Below, piece after piece: positions 49,123 to 58,761 of a DNA stretch of 64,000 bases. Made by a program: the position numbers and the translations under genes. Source of the DNA: Planctomycetota bacterium (GTDB lineage Bacteria > Planctomycetota > UBA1135 > UBA2386); contig JBKAGP010000001.1 in NCBI GenBank assembly GCA_046290465.1, forward strand, positions 3,232,001-3,296,000. Direction: 5' to 3'. Position 1 is the stretch's first letter; every line of letters starts with the position of its first letter. Below the pieces are notes generated by a model that saw only the letters and a program-made list of their open reading frames with translations, was not told the DNA's origin and did not search any database.

Positions 49123-50532
49123 CTAGCGCCTTCGCGGGCGGGCCAGCAAGGCCAGCGCCAACGGCACCCAGACGCCGCAGGTCGCGATCCACCACTGTGC
49201 CGGTTCGTCGAAGCGGCGCAAGCCGGCCCAGGCGAGGTAGCAGAGCGGTGCCGTGAACGTCGCGGCGATCGCGAAGCGGCGCAGGAACCCGCGCTCGAGC
49301 AACAACCCGAACGGCAGCCACCAGACATGGTACCAGCTGCCGAACAGCGCGCTGCCGAACAGCGCGAGCGCGAACAGCGACGACGCGGTCGCGAACACCA
49401 GTTCGCGCGGTTCGGGTCGGCGCCACATCCGAACACTGCACCAGCCGACCCACGCGATCACGCCGAGGCGGCCGATCCGCACCAGTTGGTCCTTTGGCAG
49501 CCCCGTCCAGCGCTGCACGCTCCACAGCAGGCTGGCACCCTCGAGGTCGTCCTGGCGCGCCATGACCTCGCTGATCCCCTGCTCCCCGGCGAAGAACTGC
49601 AGCGCGAACGCCGCGACCGCCAGCAGCGACAGCACCACCCCGACGGCCAGCGACCCGAGCCGCCGAGTGCGCAGCGCCCCCGCGAACCAGACCGGCCCGA
49701 GCAGCGCCGGCACGACCTTGGCGAGCGCGCCGGCGGTCAGCGCGACGGTCGCGATCGCGTAGCGCGAACCGATCGCCGCGACGACTGCCAGCGCCAGGCA
49801 CACCAGCACCAGACCGTCGTTGTGCGCGTTGGCGACGCAGCTGTCGAGCAACAGCGGATTCCAGGTGACCGCGACGAACGCCGCCGGCTCGCTGCCAGGG
49901 CGTAGCGTCGCCGCGATCCGCCACACCAGCGCGCCGATCCACAGCATCGCGCCCGCGAACACCAGCTTGAACAGGCCGAGGCCGACGATCAGCTCGATCC
50001 GCGGGGAGACCGGCAGCAGGTGCGCGAGCCAGGCGATCGCGCCCTGCAGGTTGGCGACCAGCGGGCCGTACGGCAGCGGCATGTCCTTCCAGCCGCGATC
50101 GCCGAACGCCAGGAACGGGTCATCGGGATAGTCGAGCGCGACGTCGTGGTAGGGATTGCCGCCGTGCACCGCCATCACCCGGCCGCGCACGACGTAGTCG
50201 ATCGGGTCGGTCGTCAGGAACAGCGGCACGCAGACGGCGAGCAGCAGGATCGGCAGCGAGATGCGGACCAGCTGCCCGAGCGAGGCGGCGCCGCCCTGCG
50301 CGCAGCGCCGCCAAGCGCGCCACCATGCGAGCCCACCGATCGCCGCGAACGCGATCAGACAGCAGGCCTCCAGCGCGTTGAGCAGCGGCAGCAGCCACGG
50401 TTGCTCGGGGTGCCTGCCCCAGACCAGGTTGTGCCGCAGGCCGGCAGCAACCATCAGCAGCAGTGCAAGGCACAGCCACCGCCGATGGCGGGCCAGGTCG
50501 GCGAGCAGCGGAGATTCGGCGGGCGAGGGCAT
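49123..50532 (-). CDS. Polyprenol-phosphomannose-dependent glycosyltransferase (GT-C, MptB/GT87-like)
   Basis: TTDPIDYVVRGR..GGNPY, PYGPL, WNPL, NAHND and WYHVW motifs; many TM segments. Confidence 0.8.
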   Translation of the reverse strand: MPSPAESPLLADLARHRRWLCLALLLMVAAGLRHNLVWGRHPEQPWLLPLLNALEACCLIAFAAIGGLAWWRAWRRCAQGGAASLGQLVRISLPILLLAVCVPLFLTTDPIDYVVRGRVMAVHGGNPYHDVALDYPDDPFLAFGDRGWKDMPLPYGPLVANLQGAIAWLAHLLPVSPRIELIVGLGLFKLVFAGAMLWIGALVWRIAATLRPGSEPAAFVAVTWNPLLLDSCVANAHNDGLVLVCLALAVVAAIGSRYAIATVALTAGALAKVVPALLGPVWFAGALRTRRLGSLAVGVVLSLLAVAAFALQFFAGEQGISEVMARQDDLEGASLLWSVQRWTGLPKDQLVRIGRLGVIAWVGWCSVRMWRRPEPRELVFATASSLFALALFGSALFGSWYHVWWLPFGLLLERGFLRRFAIAATFTAPLCYLAWAGLRRFDEPAQWWIATCGVWVPLALALLARPRRR

Positions 50533-50592
50533 GCGAGGGCGCAGGTTTTCCGCGCTGGCCACGCCCGCCGCAACGTCGCGGTCCGGTTTCCG

Positions 50593-52341
50593 TCACTGCC
50601 CCCCGGTGATCGGTCCCTGCGCCGAGGCCTTCGACAGGAACAGCACGGCGAAGCAGGTGCTGTCGAGGGTCAGCGTGCTCGCGTGGCCACTGCGGAACGA
50701 GCCGTCGGGCCGCTGTGCCAGCAGCAGCTGCATGCCGCCCTCGTAGTACCAGTCACGCCCCTGCAGCTGCGCCACGCCGGCCAGTTCGCAGCAGCGTTCG
50801 AGGCAGTAGAGCCAGTAGGCGCGGTGGTTGTCGGCGCGCTCGGGGTCGCCGGGGTTGCTGCGCACCGAGAAGTGCCGCGCGATCCAGGCAAAGCCATCGC
50901 GAACGCCGTCGTCGATGCGACGCTCGAGCCCGCGGTCCCGCACGCCCTGCGCCGTCAGGCCGGCGCGGGCCAGCAGCAGGCCGCTGACGCCGGCGCTCGT
51001 CATCGCGCCGTAGGTCGGCTCGTCGGGCTCGCGGTAGGCGAAGCCGCGCACCTTGGCGCGGGCCCGCTGGGCGACGGCCGGCTCGTCGCCACCGGCAGCC
51101 CGCAGCAGCGCGCCGTGGTCGACCAACTCGAGGTGCAGCGAGCCCTGCTGGCCGGCCTGCACCGCCAGCAGGTGCCGCGCCGCCGCCGCGAACGCCGACG
51201 CCGGCACGTCCAGGTCGAGCTGCTGCGCCGCGCGCAGCCCCAGCAGGCCATACTGCTGCAGCGACGTGTCGTAGCGCGGGCCCCGCGTGTAGTTGAAGCG
51301 CAGCAGTTCGTCGCTCCGGACGCGCGGATCGGTGCACTTCAGCAGCCGCACCAGCCACCCGGCAGCCGCCCGGCGGTCGGTGGCCGACAGCTCGGTGCGC
51401 CGGCCGAGCGCGGCCATCGCCATCAGCGCGGTCGCGAGCGAGTAGGCATCGTCGATGCGCCGTCGCCGCAGCGTCGAGAAGCCCTCCTGCACGACCTCGT
51501 CCTGCGGCGGAACGTGCCCGTGCAGCATCGCCAGCAGCGCCAGCGCCAGCCGGCCGCTACCGTAGTTGCGTTCGCCGCGTCGATCCTCGAGGAAGCCGCG
51601 GTCGGCAGCGACCGCCGATCGCACCCAGGTGGCGCCGTCGCGGATCGCCGTGGCGACGCGCTTGCGGAAGTCGAAGTCCTGGTTGGCGCGAACGGCCACC
51701 AGCCGCCACTCGTCGACGATCTGCAGCCGTCGCCAGCGGCGCTCGCCCTCGTCGACGACCAGCAGGCACTCCGCGTGGTAGCCGGCCACCAGCCCGCGCG
51801 CCGCGTCGACGCTGCGCGTGATCGTCACTTCGCCTGCGCCGCCGCCGACGCACCGCGCCGCGAGCCGGTCGCGGCGCGACGGCGGCTTGAGCCGGATCCG
51901 CGCTCGCAGGTGCTGCACCCCGCCCTCGTCGGGCGACGACCAGCTGCCGGTGACGCGGACCTCGCCGTAGGGCAGCAGCATCGGAACGGTCATCCTCGCC
52001 GAGCGCGGCCCGAGCTCGAACGCGACCGCCCGCAGCACGTCGCGGAGGTCGCAGACCTGGCCGGCGACGCCGCGTCGATCGTCGCGCAACTCCCCTGCGC
52101 ACAGCACCGGGGCCGGCGGCATGCGCGGCAGGTAGCGCGCCGGCAGCTTCGCGTCGAGCGGCGCCTTGTCGGCCAACGCCTTGCTGCGGCAGGCGACCGA
52201 CGCGGCCGCGCGTGCCGTTCGTCGGTATTCGACCGCCCCGTGCTCCGGCACCGTCCACGCGGCTGCCTGCGCCGGAACGGCGCCGCACGCCGTCATCATC
52301 CACACCCAGAACCCTCCCCCACCACGTCGCTTGCTCCCCAT
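50593..52341 (-). CDS. Protein with a C-terminal prenyltransferase-like domain, paralog of 27033-28838
   Basis: YDTSLQQYGLLG, YGAMTSAG, YWLYCLERC, DWYYEGG and CFAVLFL motifs. Start is uncertain. Confidence 0.7.
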   Translation of the reverse strand: MGSKRRGGGGFWVWMMTACGAVPAQAAAWTVPEHGAVEYRRTARAAASVACRSKALADKAPLDAKLPARYLPRMPPAPVLCAGELRDDRRGVAGQVCDLRDVLRAVAFELGPRSARMTVPMLLPYGEVRVTGSWSSPDEGGVQHLRARIRLKPPSRRDRLAARCVGGGAGEVTITRSVDAARGLVAGYHAECLLVVDEGERRWRRLQIVDEWRLVAVRANQDFDFRKRVATAIRDGATWVRSAVAADRGFLEDRRGERNYGSGRLALALLAMLHGHVPPQDEVVQEGFSTLRRRRIDDAYSLATALMAMAALGRRTELSATDRRAAAGWLVRLLKCTDPRVRSDELLRFNYTRGPRYDTSLQQYGLLGLRAAQQLDLDVPASAFAAAARHLLAVQAGQQGSLHLELVDHGALLRAAGGDEPAVAQRARAKVRGFAYREPDEPTYGAMTSAGVSGLLLARAGLTAQGVRDRGLERRIDDGVRDGFAWIARHFSVRSNPGDPERADNHRAYWLYCLERCCELAGVAQLQGRDWYYEGGMQLLLAQRPDGSFRSGHASTLTLDSTCFAVLFLSKASAQGPITGGQ

Positions 52342-52357
52342 GCCCGTCAGTGCACCA

Positions 52358-52428
52358 ACAGGGGGATTCGAAAACAGGGGGACTCGAAAACAGGGGGACT
52401 CGAAAACAGGGGGACTGGAAAGTCCTGT
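52358..52428 (+). repeat. Tandem repeat, 4 x 16 bp (ACAGGGGGACTCGAAA), ending in a hairpin
   Basis: Units start at 52358, 52374, 52390 and 52406. The last unit folds as GGACT-GGAA-AGTCC. Confidence 0.9.
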
Positions 52429-52516
52429 GGGAGGATGTTGCGGCACGCTGCAACGCGCCGTGAAGCGATTGGCGAACGCGCTTGCCTGGCACCCATGCGC
52501 CCGCTCCGATGCTTAC

Positions 52517-52648
52517 ATGTTCGCGCACATCACCCCGCTCGAAGCCCCTCTCCTCTGGGTCGCGTTCGCCGCCGGCATCGCGGTCGGCGTCGCCGCCATG
52601 CTCGTCCGCAACCGGATCGGCAACCGCCAACGCATCACCCGGAGCTGA
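52517..52648 (+). CDS. Small single-TM protein (43 aa)
   Basis: MFAHITPLEAPLLWVAFAAGIAVGVAAMLVRNRIGNRQRITRS: TM plus basic tail; the stop is 5 nt before thyX. Confidence 0.55.
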   Translation: MFAHITPLEAPLLWVAFAAGIAVGVAAMLVRNRIGNRQRITRS

Positions 52649-52653
52649 GCCAG

Positions 52654-54279
52654 GTGGGCGGATACAGCGACTTCGAACGGCAGCTGCTCGAGACCTACTT
52701 CTCGGTCGTCGACGGCCCGGACCACGCCGACATCTACCTGGTCCGCAACCTGCCGGCCGAGGTCGCGGCGACGCTCAACGGCGTCTACTCGCGCAGCAGC
52801 AAGTCGATGCGCGACCAGTTCCTCGACCGCCTCCGGCAGGGACTCGACTCCCAGGGCAAGAAGCTCGAAGACCTGCCGCTGCCGTCGGGCGCGCGCGACG
52901 AACTGTCGGCGGTGATGGCCGACAAGTCCGGCAAGTTCCTCAAGACCTACGCGATCGACCACGGCCACAACTCGCTGCGCGAAGGCTCGGTCGTGCACCT
53001 CGCCGTCGAGCGGGTGTCGCAGCTGGTCACGCGCTTCATCCAGCGCGAGCGCCGCTGCAGCTTCGAGGAGTCGTCGACGCGCTACATCCCGTTCACGGCC
53101 GAGACCCACTACCGCGACCCCGACGTGGTCGCCGCCGGTGGCGATGTGCTCGCCGACTACGACGCCGTGCTGCAGGAGTCGTTCGACCTCTACACCAAGG
53201 CCACCGGCGTGCTGCTCGAGCACCTGCAGAAGGTGCGGCCGCTGGCCGACGGCGAGAAGCAAGGTCCCTACCTGCGCACGCTGAAGGCGGAGGCGTTCGA
53301 CGCGGCGCGCTACCTGCTGACGCCGGCGATCTACACCAAGTGGGGCATGGTCGCTGACGCGCGCACGCTCAGCGACATCATCACCGAACTGCTCAGCCAC
53401 CCGCTGGCCGAGTTCCGCGCGGTCGGCGAACGCATCAAGGAGCAGGCGCAGCAGGTGCTGCCGACGCTGTTGACGCATGCGAAGCCGAACGCGTTCTTGC
53501 AGGCGCAGCACAGCGAACTGCCGAAGCTCGCCGCCGAGCTCGGCGTTGCCAGGGCAGAGCCGGTGGTCGGTCCGGCGCAGGGCCACACGGTGATGCTGCG
53601 CTACGACCGCGACCTCGACGACCGCCTGCTGGCGTCGCTGCTCTACGAGTCGAGCCAGCAGCCGTTCCTGGCGCTGCTCGACCGCGTGCAGGCGATGTCG
53701 GCGCAAGAACGCGAGCTGCTGCTCGATCGCCTGATGGCGCAGCGCGGTTCGCACGACGCGTGGCCGATCGGCCTCGAGGGCGGCGACATGTTCGAGTTCG
53801 AGACCGAGCTCGACTTCGGCGCCTACCGCGACATCGGCCGCCACCGGAAGGGCTTCCAGCAGCAGCAGACGCTGACCACCGCACACGGCTTCGCGGTGCC
53901 GCCGCTGATGCAGGAGGCCGGCCTCGGTGACGAGTACGAAGCGGTGATGAAGCGCGTCGCCGAACGGCAGCAGCGCGTCGCCGAGCGCTTCCCGCAGGCC
54001 GCCGCCTACGTGACGCCGTTCGGATTCCTGCAGCGCGTGCGGCTGATCTTCGACCCGCGCCAGGTCGCCTACTTCGTCGAACTGCGCAGCGGCCCCGAGG
54101 GCCACTTCTCGTATCGCCAGGTCGCACTCGACATGTTCGCGCACGTGCGCGAGGTCAGCCCGCTGTTCGCGAAGTTCATCCGCGCGAAGGAAGGCGCGGC
54201 GTTCCTCGGCCGGCTCGACAGCGAGATGACGGCGGACGAGCGACGCAAGCGGCGCATGGAAGCGGCGGGCGACGCGTAA
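52654..54279 (+). CDS. thyX: FAD-dependent thymidylate synthase, long double-domain type
   Basis: YSRS, GHNSLRE, SFEESSTRY, FDAARYLL and HPLAEF motifs; second domain DFGAYRDIGRHR, ELRS..GHFSYR. GTG start at 52654 is inferred. Confidence 0.85.
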   Translation: MGGYSDFERQLLETYFSVVDGPDHADIYLVRNLPAEVAATLNGVYSRSSKSMRDQFLDRLRQGLDSQGKKLEDLPLPSGARDELSAVMADKSGKFLKTYAIDHGHNSLREGSVVHLAVERVSQLVTRFIQRERRCSFEESSTRYIPFTAETHYRDPDVVAAGGDVLADYDAVLQESFDLYTKATGVLLEHLQKVRPLADGEKQGPYLRTLKAEAFDAARYLLTPAIYTKWGMVADARTLSDIITELLSHPLAEFRAVGERIKEQAQQVLPTLLTHAKPNAFLQAQHSELPKLAAELGVARAEPVVGPAQGHTVMLRYDRDLDDRLLASLLYESSQQPFLALLDRVQAMSAQERELLLDRLMAQRGSHDAWPIGLEGGDMFEFETELDFGAYRDIGRHRKGFQQQQTLTTAHGFAVPPLMQEAGLGDEYEAVMKRVAERQQRVAERFPQAAAYVTPFGFLQRVRLIFDPRQVAYFVELRSGPEGHFSYRQVALDMFAHVREVSPLFAKFIRAKEGAAFLGRLDSEMTADERRKRRMEAAGDA

Positions 54280-54286
54280 CTCGCGG

Positions 54287-56401
54287 CTACTTCAGCAGGA
54301 TCTCACACGCGTTGGTCGGCTGGCCGCTCGACGCCCACTCGAAGTCCCACACGAACGCCGCCATCGAGATCTGCGTGGCGTTGAGGAACTGCGGCAGCGG
54401 CGCGGCCGGCGAGAAGTCGAAGCCCACCTGCGCGTTGCCGTCCGTGTCGAGGAAGCCGAGGAAGCCGGTGTAGTAGGCGCCGGTGTTGCCTGCCGACGCG
54501 ACCAGCAGCCAGTCGTCCTCGAGCGGGAACACCTCGCCCAGGTACGGGGTGCCGGGCACCATGCCGCCGAGGCTGAGCGCGACGAAGTAGGGATCCTCGG
54601 AGTGGTCGAGGCCACCGCGCAGCGACGCCTGCACCGGCTGGGCCAGAGCCAGGTCGATCGACTGACGGTCGACGACGAGGTGCGGTGCCGACGGCTGCAG
54701 CGGCAGGTCGAGCCAGCAGCCGTTGCCGTTCTCGAGGGTCAGGTCGACGCCGAAGTCCCCGAAGATCGGCGCCACCGCGAGCCGTGGCGTCATCGGGAAC
54801 TCGCGCAGCCACAGGTTGCGCAGACGCAGCCGCAAGGTCGCGTTGGCCGGAATCTCGACGCCGACCGGCGGCAGACGCAGGTCATGGACCTCGACGACGC
54901 CGGCGACGCTGCCGCGCGACGCGACGGCATTGCTCGACAACAGCACCTCGTCGCCGCCGACCGGCTGCACGGTCAACAGCGCCGCCAGCATCCACTCCGG
55001 TTGGTCGGGCGTCAGCTCGAGGTGCAGCGTCGGGCTGCGCAGCAGCCGCACGTCGGCCGGCATCGTCATCGACCAGACCTGCTCGTCGAGCGGGCAGGCG
55101 CTCAGCACGTTGGGCAGCGCGCGCACCGAAGCCTGGTCGAAGTAGTCGGTCGGCGTGAAGCTGGTCGCGGCCGGGTCGAGCACCTGCTCGACACGCACGT
55201 CGCCCTGCGGCGTCGACGGCGGCGCGCTGCGCAGCAGCAGGTCGTCGTACAGGTGGAAGCGCTCGGCGCCGGACGGCGTGATCAGTTCGTCGACGTGCTC
55301 GCGGCTCCAGGCCGACAGCGGATCGTCGCGGTCGCCGGCATCGAGCGGCATCAGCGCCAGCAGGTGCGCCGGTTCGAGTTCGACCTCGTTGGCCTCGTCC
55401 CACAGGAAGCGGTTGAGCCAGCGCAGGGTCAGGTGGTCGTTGGCGGCCTCCTCGAGCTGGTTGCGCACGACGCCGTGACCGAGCGTGCTCAGCATCGTGC
55501 GGGTCGGCGCCTGCATGGTCGAGAGCCGTTGCAGCGCCGACAGCGGCGAGTTGATCAGGTCGTGGTAGGCGTGCGTGTAGAACGTCGGCACGTCGGCACC
55601 GACCAGCTGCGGGCCGATCTCGCGGCCCTCGGCCTGCCAGGCCGCGAGCAGCGAAGCCGGGTCCTGCGCGACGAAACCGGCGCGCGCCTGCTGCACGAAC
55701 GCCGGGTCGAACGTCACGCTCGGATCGCCGACGGCCATCGCCTCGATCCACCAGGTGCTGAACAGCAGGCCGCCGCGCAGCCAGTCGTCGCACGAGCAGG
55801 CGACCAGGTCGCGGGGCACGATGCAGTCGACCAGCGGGAACGTGATCGGCGTGCGCCCGGGCGTGGTCAGCGCGGTTCCGGTCGAAGCGGCCGCCGTCCA
55901 GGCGTGCGCGCCGCCCTGGCTGGTGCCGACGATGCCGAGGCGGTCGGTGTCGACGACGCCCTGCCACATCGGCTCGGCCGCGACGAACGCGATCTGCTCG
56001 GCGAGGTCGTGACGTTCGATCGGGCCCCACAGCGTGGTGCCCTCCTGGATGTGTCCGACGTTGGCGGTCATCGCCTCGCCCTGGCCGCGCACGTCGTAGC
56101 TCCAGACCGCGAAGCCCTGCTCGGCGAGGAACGTCTGCAGCGACAGTTCTTCGAAGCGGTTGTGGCCGAGGCGATGGACGTAGACGACCAGCGGCCAGCC
56201 GCACGACGGCGCCGGCGCGTTGGGCAGCATCAGCGCCGCGAACGTCTGGTAGCCGTCGGAATAGGTCACCGGCACCGACAGCGTCGACTGCAGCGGAAAG
56301 CCGTCCGGCGGCGGCGTCGGCCGCGCGCACTGCGCGGACAGACCGGCGGACAGAACGACCAGCATGGCTGCGAGGACGAGGTGCATGCGACGCGAGAGCA
56401 T
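54287..56401 (-). CDS. Secreted CocE/NonD-like (S15) alpha/beta hydrolase
   Basis: Signal peptide, YDVRGQG and nucleophile elbow GTSQGG. Confidence 0.75.
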   Translation of the reverse strand: MLSRRMHLVLAAMLVVLSAGLSAQCARPTPPPDGFPLQSTLSVPVTYSDGYQTFAALMLPNAPAPSCGWPLVVYVHRLGHNRFEELSLQTFLAEQGFAVWSYDVRGQGEAMTANVGHIQEGTTLWGPIERHDLAEQIAFVAAEPMWQGVVDTDRLGIVGTSQGGAHAWTAAASTGTALTTPGRTPITFPLVDCIVPRDLVACSCDDWLRGGLLFSTWWIEAMAVGDPSVTFDPAFVQQARAGFVAQDPASLLAAWQAEGREIGPQLVGADVPTFYTHAYHDLINSPLSALQRLSTMQAPTRTMLSTLGHGVVRNQLEEAANDHLTLRWLNRFLWDEANEVELEPAHLLALMPLDAGDRDDPLSAWSREHVDELITPSGAERFHLYDDLLLRSAPPSTPQGDVRVEQVLDPAATSFTPTDYFDQASVRALPNVLSACPLDEQVWSMTMPADVRLLRSPTLHLELTPDQPEWMLAALLTVQPVGGDEVLLSSNAVASRGSVAGVVEVHDLRLPPVGVEIPANATLRLRLRNLWLREFPMTPRLAVAPIFGDFGVDLTLENGNGCWLDLPLQPSAPHLVVDRQSIDLALAQPVQASLRGGLDHSEDPYFVALSLGGMVPGTPYLGEVFPLEDDWLLVASAGNTGAYYTGFLGFLDTDGNAQVGFDFSPAAPLPQFLNATQISMAAFVWDFEWASSGQPTNACEILLK

Positions 56402-56486
56402 AGCAAGCTCCCGCGCGTTCGTCGCTGCCGGCAAAGACCTGACACGGCGGGCCAAATCCGCTGCGCAGATCGGATATGAGCGGACC

Positions 56487-58028
56487 ATGGTCCACCAGCC
56501 ACTTCGCCCGCGGCGCGCCCTCACGAAGCTCGCAACGGTTCTTTGCGTGTTGTTCTCATTCGGTGCGGCGACCGCGCAGCAACCGTTGACGGCCGAGCGC
56601 GTGCAGGCGCTGGTCGATGCCGCGGCGGCCGCGTTCCCGGTGCAGGGGATGGCGCTCGCGGTGATCCGGGACGGCGAGGTGCTGGTCGAGACGGCGATCG
56701 GCGAGGCCGAGCAGGGTCGCCCGATGACGCCGACGACGCTCTGCAACATCGCGTCGTGCAGCAAGGCGTTCACGGCGGCGGCGGTCGCTCTGCTGGTCGA
56801 GGACGGCGTGGTCGCCTGGAACGACAAGGTCGTCGAGCACCTGCCCGAGTTTCGCCTCAGCGACCCGTGGATCACGGCGAACATGACGATCCGCGACCTG
56901 CTGTGCCACCGCTGCGGGCTCAAGACGTTCGCCGGCGACCTGCTGTGGTACGGCACCGAATACGAGGACGACGAGGTCATCCGGCGGATGGCCAAGCTGC
57001 CGATCACGCAGAACTTCCGCGAGCAGTTCGGCTACCAGAACCTGATGTACCTGTGCGCCGGCAAGGTCGTCGAGCGCAAGACGGGCAAGAGCTGGAGCGC
57101 GTTCGTGCAGGAACGGCTGCTCGGCCCGCTCGGCATGGCCGCGTCGCGGCCGGCCGTGCAGGACCTGCCCGACGGTGCCGAGGTCGCGCTGCCGCACATC
57201 GATGGCCAGCCGATCGCGGGCCATCCGTTCGTGGCGTGCAAGCCGGCGGCGTCGATGTACTCGTCGGTGCACGATCTGACCCGGTGGCTGCGCATGCTGC
57301 TGGCCGGCGGGCGGTGGCAGGGCGAGCAGCTGTTGCAGCAGAAGTCGCTCGCCGAGATGTGGCGGCCGCAGACGCACCTGGCGCGCGCCGGGACGGGGCC
57401 CGGCGTCGAGGACTTCGAGAGCTACGGGCTCGGCTGGTTCCTGACGGTCGACCGCGGCAACAAGGTCGTCGAGCACGACGGCGGCATGCCGGGCTTCCTC
57501 AGCAAGGTCTCGCTGGTGCCGGTGAAGAAGTTCGGGTTCGCGGTGCTCAACAACGGCAACGACGGCGTGCTCAACGAGGCGATCAAACGCGCGATCTACG
57601 CCGAGCTGGCCGGTGGCGACGGCGTCGCGGTGATCGAACGCATCGGCGAGATCAAGAAGCGCATCGATGCGCGCCAGGCAGCCGAGGTCGCGGCGCGCGA
57701 GGCCAGGCGGCGCAAGGGCACGGTTCCGTCACACGAGCTGGCGGCCTGTGTCGGTTCGTATCGCGACGAGATCTACGGGAACGCGACGATCACGCGCACC
57801 GAGGCGGGCGCGCTGCACGTCGTGCTCGAGCCGGCCAGCAAGCGCCTGCACGGGACGATGTCCCACTGGCACGACGACACGTTCCGCGTCGACTTCCCGG
57901 ACCGCTTCCTGCCGTTCGCGCTGGTGCAGTTCGAACTCGACAGCAACAGCGCGGTGGTCGCGTTCCACATCGACTGCCCCATCGCCGACTTCGACTTCGC
58001 CCAACTCGACTTCCGCCGCCCCCAATAA
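56487..58028 (+). CDS. Serine hydrolase (beta-lactamase class C-like) with C-terminal DUF3471-like domain
   Basis: SxxK (ASCSK), YxN (YQN), HDGG and GSYRDEIYG motifs. Confidence 0.9.
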   Translation: MVHQPLRPRRALTKLATVLCVLFSFGAATAQQPLTAERVQALVDAAAAAFPVQGMALAVIRDGEVLVETAIGEAEQGRPMTPTTLCNIASCSKAFTAAAVALLVEDGVVAWNDKVVEHLPEFRLSDPWITANMTIRDLLCHRCGLKTFAGDLLWYGTEYEDDEVIRRMAKLPITQNFREQFGYQNLMYLCAGKVVERKTGKSWSAFVQERLLGPLGMAASRPAVQDLPDGAEVALPHIDGQPIAGHPFVACKPAASMYSSVHDLTRWLRMLLAGGRWQGEQLLQQKSLAEMWRPQTHLARAGTGPGVEDFESYGLGWFLTVDRGNKVVEHDGGMPGFLSKVSLVPVKKFGFAVLNNGNDGVLNEAIKRAIYAELAGGDGVAVIERIGEIKKRIDARQAAEVAAREARRRKGTVPSHELAACVGSYRDEIYGNATITRTEAGALHVVLEPASKRLHGTMSHWHDDTFRVDFPDRFLPFALVQFELDSNSAVVAFHIDCPIADFDFAQLDFRRPQ

Positions 58029-58031
58029 CCA

Positions 58032-58054
58032 CCGCATACCGAACCCGGTTCAAG
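58032..58054. repeat. Degenerate copy of part of the 38-kb inverted-repeat arm
   Basis: CCGCATACCGAACCCGGTTCAAG matches CCGCATACGGAACCGGGTTCATG (38132-38154) at 20/23 positions and also lies between convergent genes. Confidence 0.6.
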
Positions 58055-58095
58055 CTGCGCCACTTCGCCGGCCGACCGTGCGGGGTGAAAGGTGA

Positions 58096-58761
58096 CTATC
58101 GAAACAGGTGGGCCAGGAGGGTGGGGATGCCGATGGTGAGGCGGGCGGGGGCGATGCCGAGGTCGGTGACGAACGGGATGTCGTCTTCGGAGGGGACCGT
58201 GATCGTCTCGCAGGTGTGCAGGCCGGCGACGAACAGGTCGACGCGGTTGCGCAGGTCGTTGGCGCGCGGCTTCGACCACCACGAGGTCGCGCAGCACCAT
58301 CGACAGCGCTCGGCGTCGTTCCAGTCGCGGCACGGCTCCCGGTCGCGGTCGATCAGGTCGCCGCGGTGGCAGACCAGCTCGGCACCTCGCGCACATGCGA
58401 ACGTCCGGCTGCCGAGACGGTCCGCCAGCCACAGCACGTTCGGGCTGCCCTGGCCACCCAGGCCGACGTGCACGACGACACGGTTCGGCTCGGCGCGCAG
58501 CAGCCCGGTCAGCGCCAGCTCGAGCGGCGCGTCCACCTGACTCTTCGCGACCTTGCTCAGCGGCAGGGCCCTGCGCTCGCAGAAGGTCGACACCTGCACG
58601 CCGTCGCCCGCGGTCGGCGTCGACTCGCCTTCGTGAACGGCCGCCAGCCAGCGCACGGCCGCCCCGCGCTGCGCCGCGTCTGCCGCCAGCTCGGCCGCGA
58701 CCGCCTGGCTCCAATGCGGCTCGCGCCCCGCTCCGGGCGAACTGACGACGACGATCTGCAC
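58096..58761 (-). CDS. Hypothetical protein resembling the N-terminal half of a GT4 glycosyltransferase, with a Cys cluster
   Basis: IVVVSS, LAADAAQRGAAV, PNRVVVH, LVCHRGDL..PC..RCRWCC and ITVPS. Start is inferred. Confidence 0.5.
   Translation of the reverse strand: MQIVVVSSPGAGREPHWSQAVAAELAADAAQRGAAVRWLAAVHEGESTPTAGDGVQVSTFCERRALPLSKVAKSQVDAPLELALTGLLRAEPNRVVVHVGLGGQGSPNVLWLADRLGSRTFACARGAELVCHRGDLIDRDREPCRDWNDAERCRWCCATSWWSKPRANDLRNRVDLFVAGLHTCETITVPSEDDIPFVTDLGIAPARLTIGIPTLLAHLFR

Noticed and set aside
52358..52421. Possible CRISPR array
   Set aside because: The 16-bp units are directly adjacent with no spacers, and there are no cas genes.
50020..52653. N-terminal ~880 aa of the 1419-aa ORF as a ThyX fusion
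   Set aside because: It is antisense to two real minus-strand genes and crosses the tandem repeat. ThyX similarity starts only near 52654.
56487..58028. Bona fide antibiotic-resistance beta-lactamase
   Set aside because: The motifs only place it in the broad serine hydrolase/DUF3471 family. Substrate cannot be inferred.
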